Shown here: piece after piece, positions 8,248 through 17,305 of the stretch
Position numbering within the stretch: position 1 is the stretch's first letter
Layout of the letters: each line of letters starts with the position of its first letter
NCBI GenBank assembly: GCA_041746255.1
Contig: JBGTHM010000016.1
Coordinates: 1 to 36,960 of the forward strand
Source of the DNA: Fibrobacteria bacterium
GTDB taxonomy: Bacteria > Fibrobacterota > Fibrobacteria > UBA11236
DNA length: 36,960 bases
Direction: 5' to 3'
The notes under the pieces: generated by a model
What the model saw: the letters and a program-made list of their open reading frames with translations, nothing else
The model's database searches: none
What the model was told of the DNA's origin: nothing
Translations under genes and position numbers: made by a program

Positions 8248-9165
8248 ATGGCTTCGAGTGGCACTTCGCCTTTGGCGGTCCCGATCCCGGAAAATCCAAG
8301 CGTAAAGGTGCCGAGTATCAATCCAATTCGTCTGATAATCGCCGACATCGACGGGACCTTGCTGGATGATGGCGGTGGCCTGCCCGAGTTGAACTTGCTC
8401 GCGCTTAAGGCCTGCCGGGCCGAGGGGGTGCGGATTTGTCTGGCCACGGGTCGGAGGTGGACTACTTGCAAAAAAATGCTGGACAGGCTCGCTCTGCACG
8501 AATTCATCGATTTCTGCATTTTGAATAATGGCATGATAATCCGGGATTTACGCACCGGAGAAGAACTACATAGCGCGGTTTTTCCCGAAGCCTCGATCTT
8601 CGCTACCCTCTCCGCTTTGAATGCGGTGGGATTGGATCCTGTAGTATTGACGCACGAGGAAAACCGCGACGTCAAAGATGTCCTCTTCCGGAATGACTCA
8701 TTGCTGAATTCCGACTTCGTCTCGAAAAACGCGGCCCAATCCGAACAGGTTACGGATTGGGAAGCCGGACTGGCGGGGAGAAGGGTCGTCGAGTTGCTGA
8801 TGGTGGGGAGAGAAGCGGATTTACGGGAAGCGGAAAACGCTTTGCGGTCCGTCCAATTGGAAACTTCCATCCTGAAAAATTCATTTTATATCGAATACAT
8901 GTTGGAAATAACGCCCTTGGGCATCAATAAATTAACGGGATCGCAAAGGCTGTTACGACATCTGGGTTTGACGGAAGAGGAGGCGCTGGTAATCGGCGAT
9001 TCCGGCAACGACTTGGAAATGATCCGCCATATGCCCGTGTCGGTAGCTATGGAAAACGGATGCGCCCCGGTAAAAGCGGCGGCCCGTCATCTCGCGCCTC
9101 CCAACGGGCAAGGGGGATTCGGCCACGCTCTATTCAGTCTTGTCCTGAATCAAAAATCCCATTGA
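8248..9165 (+). CDS. Cof-type HAD-IIB family hydrolase
   Basis: DIDGTLL, ATGR, NNG, LEI..NK and GDSGND motifs. Start codon uncertain. Confidence 0.9.
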   Translation: MASSGTSPLAVPIPENPSVKVPSINPIRLIIADIDGTLLDDGGGLPELNLLALKACRAEGVRICLATGRRWTTCKKMLDRLALHEFIDFCILNNGMIIRDLRTGEELHSAVFPEASIFATLSALNAVGLDPVVLTHEENRDVKDVLFRNDSLLNSDFVSKNAAQSEQVTDWEAGLAGRRVVELLMVGREADLREAENALRSVQLETSILKNSFYIEYMLEITPLGINKLTGSQRLLRHLGLTEEEALVIGDSGNDLEMIRHMPVSVAMENGCAPVKAAARHLAPPNGQGGFGHALFSLVLNQKSH

Positions 9166-11437
9166 AATTTCCGCCCCGGAAGGTGCTTGGCGCATGGGGT
9201 TCCCAGTCGCGTCCGGGGATTTCCATTTGCAAACGCATTTCTGCTTCGATTCTCGCGCTCAAACGGGTATTGCGGTTTACGGTGGGATTGTTCGCGACGG
9301 CTCGGGAAATGGCGGTTGGGTCGCCCACTAGAAAGAGGTGTTTGCGGGCCCGGGTAACCGCCGTATAGAACAGATTACGCTGGAGCATCATATGGTGGGA
9401 CCGGGTCAGGACTAAAATTACGGATCCGAACTCGCTTCCCTGGCTTTTGTGTACGGTTACCGCATAGGCCGGATTGAGCTGATCGAGTTCCTCGCCTTCG
9501 TAGGCCACGAGCTGGTCGTCATATTGCACGGACAGCGAGCGGGTTTTCGCGGAAACCGCGACGATGAAACCGATATCGCCGTTAAAGATATTTTTGTCAT
9601 AATTGTTCCGAATTTGCATGACTTTGTCGCCGTCGCGGAATTCGCGATCCCGATGCCGCAAAGGGCTGCCGTGCGGATTGAGCAAAGCCTGCAGACGCTG
9701 ATTCAGGACAATGGTTCCCAACGGCCCCTGGTTCATGGGAGTCAGAACTTGCAATTCGGAGCGGGAATCGAAACGGATATTACCCGAAAGCAGGGTGCCC
9801 GCCAATTCCTCGACTGCCGTCAGGCAATCCTGGATTTCGCTACGAGCCAGGATATGGAAATTTCCCTCTTCCGTCGCGACCGGCGTTTCTCCCCGGTTGA
9901 TGCGATGCGCGTTGAGGACGATTTGCGAGGATTCCGCCTGGCGGAAAATTTTGGACAGATGGAGATGAGGGATTTGGTTTCCGGAGATGAGTTCCGCTAA
10001 AACCTTGCCCGGCCCCACCGAGGGCAATTGATCGGGATCGCCGATGAGAACCAGGCGGGTTCCTCCCCGTACGGCTTTGAGCAGGGAGTACATCAATACG
10101 GTATCGATCATGGAAAGTTCGTCCACGATGAGGGCGTCCGCGTCCAGGGGAAAGTTCTCGTTATGCGCGAAGGCGCCCGAACCGACTTCGTATTTCAAAA
10201 GCCGATGCAAGGTGGAGGCCGGATGTCCGGTTATTTCCGAAAGCCTTTTGGCCGCGCGTCCCGTGGGGGCTGCCAGTTTGATATTGAGGCCGCCCTCCTG
10301 GAAAACCCGCAGGATACCCAAAACCGTGGTGGTTTTTCCCGTGCCGGGGCCGCCGGTGAGGAGGAATACTCCCCGGTTGGCGGCTTCCCCTATGCCTATT
10401 CTTTGTTCGGGGCTATACACGAAGCCGGGGGCGCAGGCCGCTTCGGCCGACTTAACGGCCCTTTTCACGGAAGTTTCAGCAAGGGCTTTGGGAGAGAAGG
10501 ATAATTCCCGTAACTTCCGCGCTATCCCCTTTTCCGAAAAAAACAAATAGGGAAGATAAAGCAACCCTTGTTCGTCCGCATGGATTTCCTCGTTGTCGCG
10601 AAGGTGATCGAGCGTGTACACCAGGGTTTCCTCCCGACTGCGGAGCAGCGTACCGGCGCGCGCCATGAGCTCTTCGTGGGAGAGGTAGACATGGCCGTCT
10701 TCGGCGGCTTTCTGAAGAGCGTGGAGCAGGCCTCCACGAACACGCTCGAAGCAGTCGTCTTCGAAGCCGAGCTTGCGGCCGATAGCATCGACTTGAGCGA
10801 AGGGTATGCCGGGCATATCCACGGCCAGCCGGTAAGGATCGGACTTCAGCATGCGGGCGGCGTCGGGTCCCAATTGGCGACAGATGCGCGCGCACAAGCC
10901 CAAACTCAAGTTATGGGTTTGCAGGAAAAAAAGCACCTCGCGCATGGAACGGTGCTCGTCCCATTGCTGCATCAGGGCCTCGGCTTTGCGGCCTTTAAAT
11001 TGGGATAATTCCTGGAGGCGCTGCGGTTCTTGATCGAGGATACGGATGGTATCGAGCCCGAACCGTTCCACAATGGCTTTGGCCGAAGCGGGACCGATTC
11101 CCTTGAACAGGCCGCCTCCCAGATATTTTTCCAAGGCCGCTCCGGTGTCAGGAGGACGGACGGTACAGCTCCGAGCTTTGAATTGATCCCCGAAGGTGGG
11201 GTGGCGCGTCCATTCGCCTTCCAAGTCGACCTCTTCGCCCGGACTTAGGCGGGGAAAGTGGCCAACGGCGGTGAAATCTCCCCGTGCGCGCGGGTGGGAT
11301 AGCCGTACCACCGAATACCCGTTTTCCGGGTTATGGAAGGTGATATGCCTTACGCGCGCCTTTTCCAGTAGATGACTTTCCGGACCACTCTCGGAGGAAT
11401 CAACGGAATCCCAAGGTGGCGAAGTCGGAGGCGACAT
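9134..11437 (-). CDS. recD2: ATP-dependent RecD-like DNA helicase RecD2
   Basis: N-terminal OB and HhH region (KGIGPASA), Walker A GGPGTGKTT, APTGRAAKR, VDELSM, GDPDQLPSVGPG, HKSQGSE and YTAVTRA. Confidence 0.93.
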   Translation of the reverse strand: MSPPTSPPWDSVDSSESGPESHLLEKARVRHITFHNPENGYSVVRLSHPRARGDFTAVGHFPRLSPGEEVDLEGEWTRHPTFGDQFKARSCTVRPPDTGAALEKYLGGGLFKGIGPASAKAIVERFGLDTIRILDQEPQRLQELSQFKGRKAEALMQQWDEHRSMREVLFFLQTHNLSLGLCARICRQLGPDAARMLKSDPYRLAVDMPGIPFAQVDAIGRKLGFEDDCFERVRGGLLHALQKAAEDGHVYLSHEELMARAGTLLRSREETLVYTLDHLRDNEEIHADEQGLLYLPYLFFSEKGIARKLRELSFSPKALAETSVKRAVKSAEAACAPGFVYSPEQRIGIGEAANRGVFLLTGGPGTGKTTTVLGILRVFQEGGLNIKLAAPTGRAAKRLSEITGHPASTLHRLLKYEVGSGAFAHNENFPLDADALIVDELSMIDTVLMYSLLKAVRGGTRLVLIGDPDQLPSVGPGKVLAELISGNQIPHLHLSKIFRQAESSQIVLNAHRINRGETPVATEEGNFHILARSEIQDCLTAVEELAGTLLSGNIRFDSRSELQVLTPMNQGPLGTIVLNQRLQALLNPHGSPLRHRDREFRDGDKVMQIRNNYDKNIFNGDIGFIVAVSAKTRSLSVQYDDQLVAYEGEELDQLNPAYAVTVHKSQGSEFGSVILVLTRSHHMMLQRNLFYTAVTRARKHLFLVGDPTAISRAVANNPTVNRNTRLSARIEAEMRLQMEIPGRDWEPHAPSTFRGGNFNGIFDSGQD

Positions 11438-11440
11438 GGA

Positions 11441-11938
11441 CTATGCCTTGTCCAGTTTCATCATCTGAGTGGAGAGAATGGAAACCAGGCAATAGCCCAG
11501 AAAATAGTAGAACCCTTCATGTAATGTCGCGCTCATGCCTTGGTGTCCCCCGGAGGCCAGATAAGCCAGCAGGATGCCGACCACGAAGACGTCCGCCATG
11601 GACCACTTGCCGATGATGCCGATAAAAGCATGGATGCGCTGACGGAATCTTTCGTTGCTTGCGATCAGCGCGGTAATCAGCGAAATGCCTTTGATGGCGG
11701 GAACCACCACGCTGAATACGAAAATCAGTATGGCTACCAAATGGTTGTCGGTTTTATAAAGCTCTTGCACGGTTCCCAGGATACTGCGGGTTTCCCGGAA
11801 GAGTTCCAGTTTTCCGAAAAGGGGAAGCACCGGCGAGACTTCAATGGTCAGCACGGGAAGGTAAACCCCTGGCAATAAAAGGCCGAAGGAAATGATGATG
11901 AGAATAAAAGCGAGGCGATTTCGCCAGATAGCGGGCAT
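11441..11938 (-). CDS. Paraquat-inducible protein A (PqiA) family membrane protein, single domain
   Basis: Four hydrophobic segments plus SILGTV, FSVVVP and GKWSMADVFVV signatures. Confidence 0.8.
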   Translation of the reverse strand: MPAIWRNRLAFILIIISFGLLLPGVYLPVLTIEVSPVLPLFGKLELFRETRSILGTVQELYKTDNHLVAILIFVFSVVVPAIKGISLITALIASNERFRQRIHAFIGIIGKWSMADVFVVGILLAYLASGGHQGMSATLHEGFYYFLGYCLVSILSTQMMKLDKA

Positions 11939-11970
11939 CGCCTAAAAAGTACTAGAAGCGAGGATAAAAG

Positions 11971-12426
11971 TCATTCCATGGCGGGCATGGCGACCCCGGC
12001 GACTTTCAGCTCTGCGGCGAGGGTGATTTCGGTGCCCTGTAAGGCCTGGGCAATGGGGCAGGTCTTTTTCGTGGTTTCCGCGATCTCCATGAATTTAACC
12101 TCATCCATATCCAGGGTTCGGACTTGAGTATGCAATTCGATTTGAGTCACCTTGAAGCCTTCTCCGACTTTCTCGATATGGACGTGGGCTTGAGTTTCGA
12201 TATTCACGGGAGAAAAACCCGCTTTGGCCAAATTTCCTGCCAAGGCCATGGAATAACACCCTGCCAGGGCGGCACCCATCAGTTCGTCGGGGTTGGTGCC
12301 CGTGCCTTCTCCGAAACGGGAGGTGAAGGAGTAGGGCTGAGAAAAGCGCCCATCGACAAGGGAAATGGTTCCATTTCCTTCTTTCAAATTACCGGTCCAA
12401 ATGGCGGAGGCTTTGCGAATTGGCAT
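11971..12426 (-). CDS. osmC: OsmC family peroxiredoxin
   Basis: ASAIWTGNLKEGNG, YSFTSRF, GTNPDEL..AALAGCYSMAL and KTCPI. ATG at 12426 follows AGGAGAG. Confidence 0.9.
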   Translation of the reverse strand: MPIRKASAIWTGNLKEGNGTISLVDGRFSQPYSFTSRFGEGTGTNPDELMGAALAGCYSMALAGNLAKAGFSPVNIETQAHVHIEKVGEGFKVTQIELHTQVRTLDMDEVKFMEIAETTKKTCPIAQALQGTEITLAAELKVAGVAMPAME

Positions 12427-12502
12427 GACTTCTCTCCTTTTTAGGGTTGTGGCCAAACTACTTTTTTTCTCACTCGTGGGATACCCGTTTTTCTCCCCGT
12501 TT

Positions 12503-14599
12503 TCACTTGTTTTCCGGGCTTGAATTCATCCCCAAAACCTGGATTAGAAAGGCCAACCGGTCCGTGGCTTCTTCCACCACCTTATTCAGGGGCTTGCCCG
12601 CGCCATGTCCCGCGCGGGTTTCCACGCGGATAAGAATGGGTTTGGGTCCGGCTTGCGCCTCTTGTAATGCCGCCGCGAATTTGAAACTGTGCAGGGGCAC
12701 GACGCGATCGTCGTGGTCGGCAGTAGTGATGAAAACCGCCGGGTAGGCCGTACCGGGCTTCACGTTGTGCAAAGGGGAATAGGACAGCAGCACGGCGAAA
12801 TCCTCCAGCTTTTCCGGGTCACCATAATCCGAGGTCCAAGCCCAGCCGATGGTGAACTTGTGGAAGCGGAGCATGTCGAAGACCCCGACTGCGGGAAGCG
12901 CCGCGGCGAAGAGATCGGGGCGTCGCAATAGACAGGCTCCCACCAGCAGCCCGCCGTTGCTGCCGCCGGAGATGGCCAGTTTCTCCGGTCGGGTATACTT
13001 CTCGGAAATCAACCACTCGGCGCAAGCTTCGAAGTCTTCGAAGCCGCGGATTTTATTCGCCAGAATTCCGGCCTGATGCCATTCCTCGCCGTACTCTCCT
13101 CCGCCCCGGATATTGGGGATGGCCACCATGCCGCCCATTTCCATCCATACCAGATTGGGAACGGAGAAAAAAGGCGTCAAGCTGACGTTGAAGCCGCCGT
13201 AACCGTAAAGATACACGGGGTTGTCGCCGTTGCGGGGCCGGTCGCGAAGCGAGGTGAGCAATACGGGGACGCGGGTTCCATCCCGGCTGACATAGAAGAA
13301 TTGCCGGGTTTCGAAATCGTCCGGATTGAACTTGAGGGCGGGTTGTTTGAACAAACTCACTTCCCAGGTATCGAGGTCCAATCGGTAAAGCGTCGCCGGG
13401 CGGGTTGGAGCGGTGAAATGGAAAAAGGTTTCGGTATCCGAACTATTCCCCGAAAAACCTCCGGAACTGCCCAGTCCCGGCAAAGGGATTTGCTTGTGGA
13501 ATTTCCCCCGGCTGTCAAAAACGGAAACCTCGCTGTGCGCATCCCGTAGGTATTGCGCCAAAAAATACCCGTTCACGAAGGTCGCCTCTTCCAGGGTAGG
13601 CTCCGCCTGTGGAATCAACTCCGTCCAGGCGTCGATGGCTGGGTGGGATACGTTGATGGCGACCACGCTGCCACGCGGCGCTTCGAAATCCGTCCGGAAA
13701 AAGAAGACCTCTCCTTGATTGGCGATGAAGGAAAAGTGGGCGAAAAATTCCGGTACCAGCGGCATTACGGCGGAGCGGGAATCACGCAAATCCTTGAGGA
13801 AAAGCAGATTGCGGGTATCGGTTCCCTTCCAGACCGTGATTAGCAGGTAATTGCCGTCTTCGGTGACGCGTCCATCAAAGCCGTATTCGCTTTGATCGGG
13901 ACGGGCATAAATCAACTCGTCATTTTCCTGCAGGGTACCGAGCTTATGGAAATACAACTTTTGATGCCGATCGGGGTCGGAAGGCTTGGCGTCTATATTC
14001 AATTCGTAACGGCTGTAATAAAATCCCGAGTTCCCAGCATTCCAGCTCACTCCGGAAAATTTGATGCGCTCCAAACGATCCGGCAAATCCTTTCCAGTGC
14101 TCGTGTCGCGCACCTTCCACTCCACCCAATCGGAACCCGCGCTGGAAATCCCGTAGGCCAGAAGCTTTCCGTCCCGACTCGCCTCTACGCCGGATATGGA
14201 AACGGTCCCTTCCGTGGAAAGGGTATTGGGATCGAGTAGCAGCCAGGGTTCAACGTCCAGACCGTCCGCGACGTAGAGGGCGCTTTGGTTTTGTAATCCG
14301 TCGTTCTTGAAATAAAAGTAATGGTCCCCCTCCTTGAACGGGACGCCATAGCGTTCATAATTCCATAACTCGAGCAGGCGTTTTTCGATGGCTTCGCGCC
14401 TTGGAATCGCAGCGATAAATTCTTCCGAAAGCCGGTTTTGCGCATGGATCCAAGTTCTCGTTTCGGGAGAATCGGGGTTTTCGAGCCAGCGGTATGGGTC
14501 GGCGATATTCTGCCCGTGCAGGTTTTCTACAAGGTCGCCCTTGCGGGTTCGGGGGTAGGCGAGGGGTTTATGCGATAGGGGTTTTTCATCGGAAGTCAT
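12503..14599 (-). CDS. Prolyl oligopeptidase (S9A)
   Basis: DPYRWLE, YGYGGF, nucleophile GGSNGG, DHDDRV and AGHG catalytic-triad motifs. Confidence 0.95.
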   Translation of the reverse strand: MTSDEKPLSHKPLAYPRTRKGDLVENLHGQNIADPYRWLENPDSPETRTWIHAQNRLSEEFIAAIPRREAIEKRLLELWNYERYGVPFKEGDHYFYFKNDGLQNQSALYVADGLDVEPWLLLDPNTLSTEGTVSISGVEASRDGKLLAYGISSAGSDWVEWKVRDTSTGKDLPDRLERIKFSGVSWNAGNSGFYYSRYELNIDAKPSDPDRHQKLYFHKLGTLQENDELIYARPDQSEYGFDGRVTEDGNYLLITVWKGTDTRNLLFLKDLRDSRSAVMPLVPEFFAHFSFIANQGEVFFFRTDFEAPRGSVVAINVSHPAIDAWTELIPQAEPTLEEATFVNGYFLAQYLRDAHSEVSVFDSRGKFHKQIPLPGLGSSGGFSGNSSDTETFFHFTAPTRPATLYRLDLDTWEVSLFKQPALKFNPDDFETRQFFYVSRDGTRVPVLLTSLRDRPRNGDNPVYLYGYGGFNVSLTPFFSVPNLVWMEMGGMVAIPNIRGGGEYGEEWHQAGILANKIRGFEDFEACAEWLISEKYTRPEKLAISGGSNGGLLVGACLLRRPDLFAAALPAVGVFDMLRFHKFTIGWAWTSDYGDPEKLEDFAVLLSYSPLHNVKPGTAYPAVFITTADHDDRVVPLHSFKFAAALQEAQAGPKPILIRVETRAGHGAGKPLNKVVEEATDRLAFLIQVLGMNSSPENK

Positions 14600-14605
14600 G
14601 AGGGC

Positions 14606-15649
14606 TTATTTCGCTTTTTCGATAACGTGATTGACGCGCTCGATCTCTTCGGATGTCGGGGTGGGAGGCGATTGGCGCCTTCCGCACTCCGGGTCGTATT
14701 CGAGCCGGATTAGAATGGGAAAGTGATCGGATCCGAATCTCGACAGTCGCCGCAACTCCACCAAGGTTAAAGAAGGTGAGTAAAAAATGTGGTCGAGCGA
14801 GTATCGCACCAAAGGAATCTTGGCGTTGTAAGTGTTGAAGAAACCGCGGCCGATACGGGGATCCACCGTCTGGCTGATTTTCTGGAAAAGCCGGGTGCTT
14901 CTGGACCAAGCCACGTCGTTCAGATCGCCCGCCACCACGCAGGGATATTCGGATTCGGCCGCTTTTTTTCCGACCATTAAAAGTTCGCCATCCCGATTAT
15001 GTGTTTGAGCCTCGTTGGGCGGCTCGGGATGTACGCAATAAAGCTGCACTCGCGATCCGGAAGGAAGTTCAACCAAGGCGTGGATGGAAGGGACATAGTC
15101 GCGAACCAGAAAGTGCACGCGTGGTTCAAAGAGAGGGAAACGGGAATAGAGAATCATTCCGTAGGTATTGTCCAGAGGTACTTTCACATGAAAGGGGTAT
15201 TTCGCGTCGAGAATTTCCAAATGCGTTTCCCACCATCGATTCGGCTCGTTGATAAGCAAAATGTCCGGATCGGCCTTTTGGACGAGGCCCAAAAATTCGT
15301 CGACCTTGCGATTGTCCATCAGTACATTGGAAACCATCAGGCTGAATACCGAGCCGGGATTGCGCAAACGGCTGTCGATTGCCTCGCAGGGAAAAAAAGG
15401 AGTATAACGATAGACTTTACCGGCCTGATAGAGTGCGATAATCGCGTTACAAAGTAAGAGCCATCCGCGAGTAGATGCTGAAAAGTATTTTCGGAATACG
15501 ACGGTCAGTATGAGGTTGATAAGTGCCATAACGCCTATTTGCAAGCGGGGGAAATCCCAAACCCGTATCCAACCGGAATGCGAGCGTGACAACGGCGCGA
15601 GAGTGACTAATGCCAGTAAACCCGTTAGAACGATTAAAACCTTATTCAT
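14606..15649 (-). CDS. Membrane-anchored endonuclease/exonuclease/phosphatase family protein
   Basis: N-terminal TM helices, SNV, INE, GDLND, LDH and SDH motifs. Confidence 0.88.
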   Translation of the reverse strand: MNKVLIVLTGLLALVTLAPLSRSHSGWIRVWDFPRLQIGVMALINLILTVVFRKYFSASTRGWLLLCNAIIALYQAGKVYRYTPFFPCEAIDSRLRNPGSVFSLMVSNVLMDNRKVDEFLGLVQKADPDILLINEPNRWWETHLEILDAKYPFHVKVPLDNTYGMILYSRFPLFEPRVHFLVRDYVPSIHALVELPSGSRVQLYCVHPEPPNEAQTHNRDGELLMVGKKAAESEYPCVVAGDLNDVAWSRSTRLFQKISQTVDPRIGRGFFNTYNAKIPLVRYSLDHIFYSPSLTLVELRRLSRFGSDHFPILIRLEYDPECGRRQSPPTPTSEEIERVNHVIEKAK

Positions 15650-15841
15650 CTGTCCTAGAATAGTAGAATCGGTGCGTTCAATTTCCCGGATTTAAGGATG
15701 CTCCCGCCTAGAAAAAACCATTTCCTCATCCATTTATGCAAGGCTAAACCGGGGTGAAGACAATTGTTAACAGGAAATGGGGTTCCCACGCGGCTTCACC
15801 TGCCTGAAGGGGGGTAAATTCTCCTCTGGGCGGCTCAATCC

Positions 15842-16462
15842 ATGCAGGTCCGCAAGAAGCAGGGGGTAAATGTGCCGGCTACAGGAATATCGGAAATACA
15901 AATCGGACGAATCCGAAACCCAGCCGCCCATCCCATGGTGGACTCATTCGAGGGGGTATTGCGTTGCCATTACTATTCTTTGTATCGGTATATCGGATGG
16001 TTTTTTTCCGATCCGAGCGAGTCCGCCAAACTACTGGAAGAGATATTGCGGGAATTGGGGAAAGAGTGGGATGTGAAATCCATGCAAGGCAATCCGGTCA
16101 CGTTCATTTATAAGCATACGCGTCGGCGGATATGGCGGGAACTGGAGTCGAAAGGGAAAGGCAATCCTACCGGCATGGAGGCGGAGAATTGGGCCCGACG
16201 GCACATGTGGGAGGATTCATCTCAAATTCCGGCATCGCAGCCTGCTTCGGCCTCCCATCGGGTACGGGAGGCCTCTCGAAGTTTTACTCCCACCGACCTG
16301 GAGGTGTATGGCATGCGGGATGTGGGCGGGATTTCCGAAAGTATCGTGGCGGACGTTATGGAATGGCCCCGCGAGAACGTACGTAAAAGCCTGCACGACC
16401 AGCGCGACCTTCTGGTTAAAAAGGCCATGGTAAACGCCCGCGGATCCGGGAATGGGAAATAG
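15842..16462 (+). CDS. Degenerate ECF sigma-70-like protein (region 2- and region 4-like)
   Basis: FEGVLRCHYYSLYRYI..SDPSESAKLLEEI..VTFIYK resembles region 2. FTPTDLEVYGMRDVGGISESIVADVMEWPRENVRKSLH resembles the region 4 HTH. Start may be at 15872 or 15935. Confidence 0.65.
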   Translation: MQVRKKQGVNVPATGISEIQIGRIRNPAAHPMVDSFEGVLRCHYYSLYRYIGWFFSDPSESAKLLEEILRELGKEWDVKSMQGNPVTFIYKHTRRRIWRELESKGKGNPTGMEAENWARRHMWEDSSQIPASQPASASHRVREASRSFTPTDLEVYGMRDVGGISESIVADVMEWPRENVRKSLHDQRDLLVKKAMVNARGSGNGK

Positions 16463-16465
16463 GAC

Positions 16466-17302
16466 ATGAGTGATTCCCCATTAGAGCCGAAAATATTCGA
16501 GTACACCGATTACCGGGTGTATCTCCAGGATTACCATGGCTTTCAAAAACAAAAAATGCCTGCGTATTCCTTCCGTGGTTTTGCCCAGAAAGCCGGCCTG
16601 TCCAGTCCCAATTACTACAAACTGGTCATGGACGGGAAAAGGAATCTGAGCCGCAAGTCCATTACCAAATTCCAAGCCGGATTGGGGCTATCGGGAAAAA
16701 AGGCGGAATATTTCGAGAATTTGGTATTTTTCAATCAAAGTGAAACGCTGACGGACCGGAATTTTTTCTTTGCGCGCCTTTTGAAGGCCCGCACACGGGC
16801 GGGGCTGCGGCATTTGGATGAACACCAATTCCAGATGTTCGCGCACTGGCATCACACCGCCATTCGTGAAATGGTTTTATTGGGAGATTTTCGGAAACAG
16901 CCTGCCTGGATCTCCAAAAGGCTGCGGCGGAAAATCTCACCCAAACAGGCTGAGGAGTCGCTTGAGTTGTTGGGTTCCCTGGGGTTGATCAAAAAGACTG
17001 CGAACGGGTATGCTCAGGTGGATACCCACATCAGCACCCGCGATGAGGTACGTTCTTTTTTTGTGAAAAACTTTCATGACCAGATGATGCGGCAGGCGCG
17101 AGAATCGCTGGATGAGATTGCAGGGCCGGAGCGCGATATCTCCTCCGTTACCCTCGCCATTCGTCGGCGCGATTTCGCACGGCTCAAGGAGCGATTACAG
17201 CTTATGCGCAAGGAATTACTCAACCTCGCCGCCGAAAGCGGAGAAGCCGAGGAAGTGGTGCAAATCAACATGCAGCTTTTTCCGCTGACCGGTAGGGAAT
17301 AG
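16466..17302 (+). CDS. TIGR02147 family protein (N-terminal HTH-like region, C-terminal DUF4423)
   Basis: IFEYTDYRVYLQDY, YSFRGFAQKAGLSSPNY..GKRNLS, WHHTAIREM, ERDISSVTL and QINMQLFPLT are characteristic of the family. Confidence 0.9.
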   Translation: MSDSPLEPKIFEYTDYRVYLQDYHGFQKQKMPAYSFRGFAQKAGLSSPNYYKLVMDGKRNLSRKSITKFQAGLGLSGKKAEYFENLVFFNQSETLTDRNFFFARLLKARTRAGLRHLDEHQFQMFAHWHHTAIREMVLLGDFRKQPAWISKRLRRKISPKQAEESLELLGSLGLIKKTANGYAQVDTHISTRDEVRSFFVKNFHDQMMRQARESLDEIAGPERDISSVTLAIRRRDFARLKERLQLMRKELLNLAAESGEAEEVVQINMQLFPLTGRE

Positions 17303-17305
17303 CCG

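Noticed and set aside
9134..9165. 32-nt overlap of the convergent HAD and recD2 3' ends
   Set aside because: Short convergent overlaps of non-conserved tails are common.
9134..15649. RecD2 plus EEP nuclease-family gene as a possible anti-phage defence locus
   Set aside because: RecD2 is the ordinary housekeeping type, the EEP protein is the membrane-anchored type, and three unrelated genes separate them.
15718..15871. Inverted pairs CCATTTCCT/AGGAAATGG and GGTGAAG/CTTCACC plus two GGGGGTAAAT copies upstream of the sigma-like gene, suggesting a riboswitch or pseudoknot
   Set aside because: Matches are short enough to arise by chance and fit no riboswitch consensus I recognise. Covariation data would be needed.
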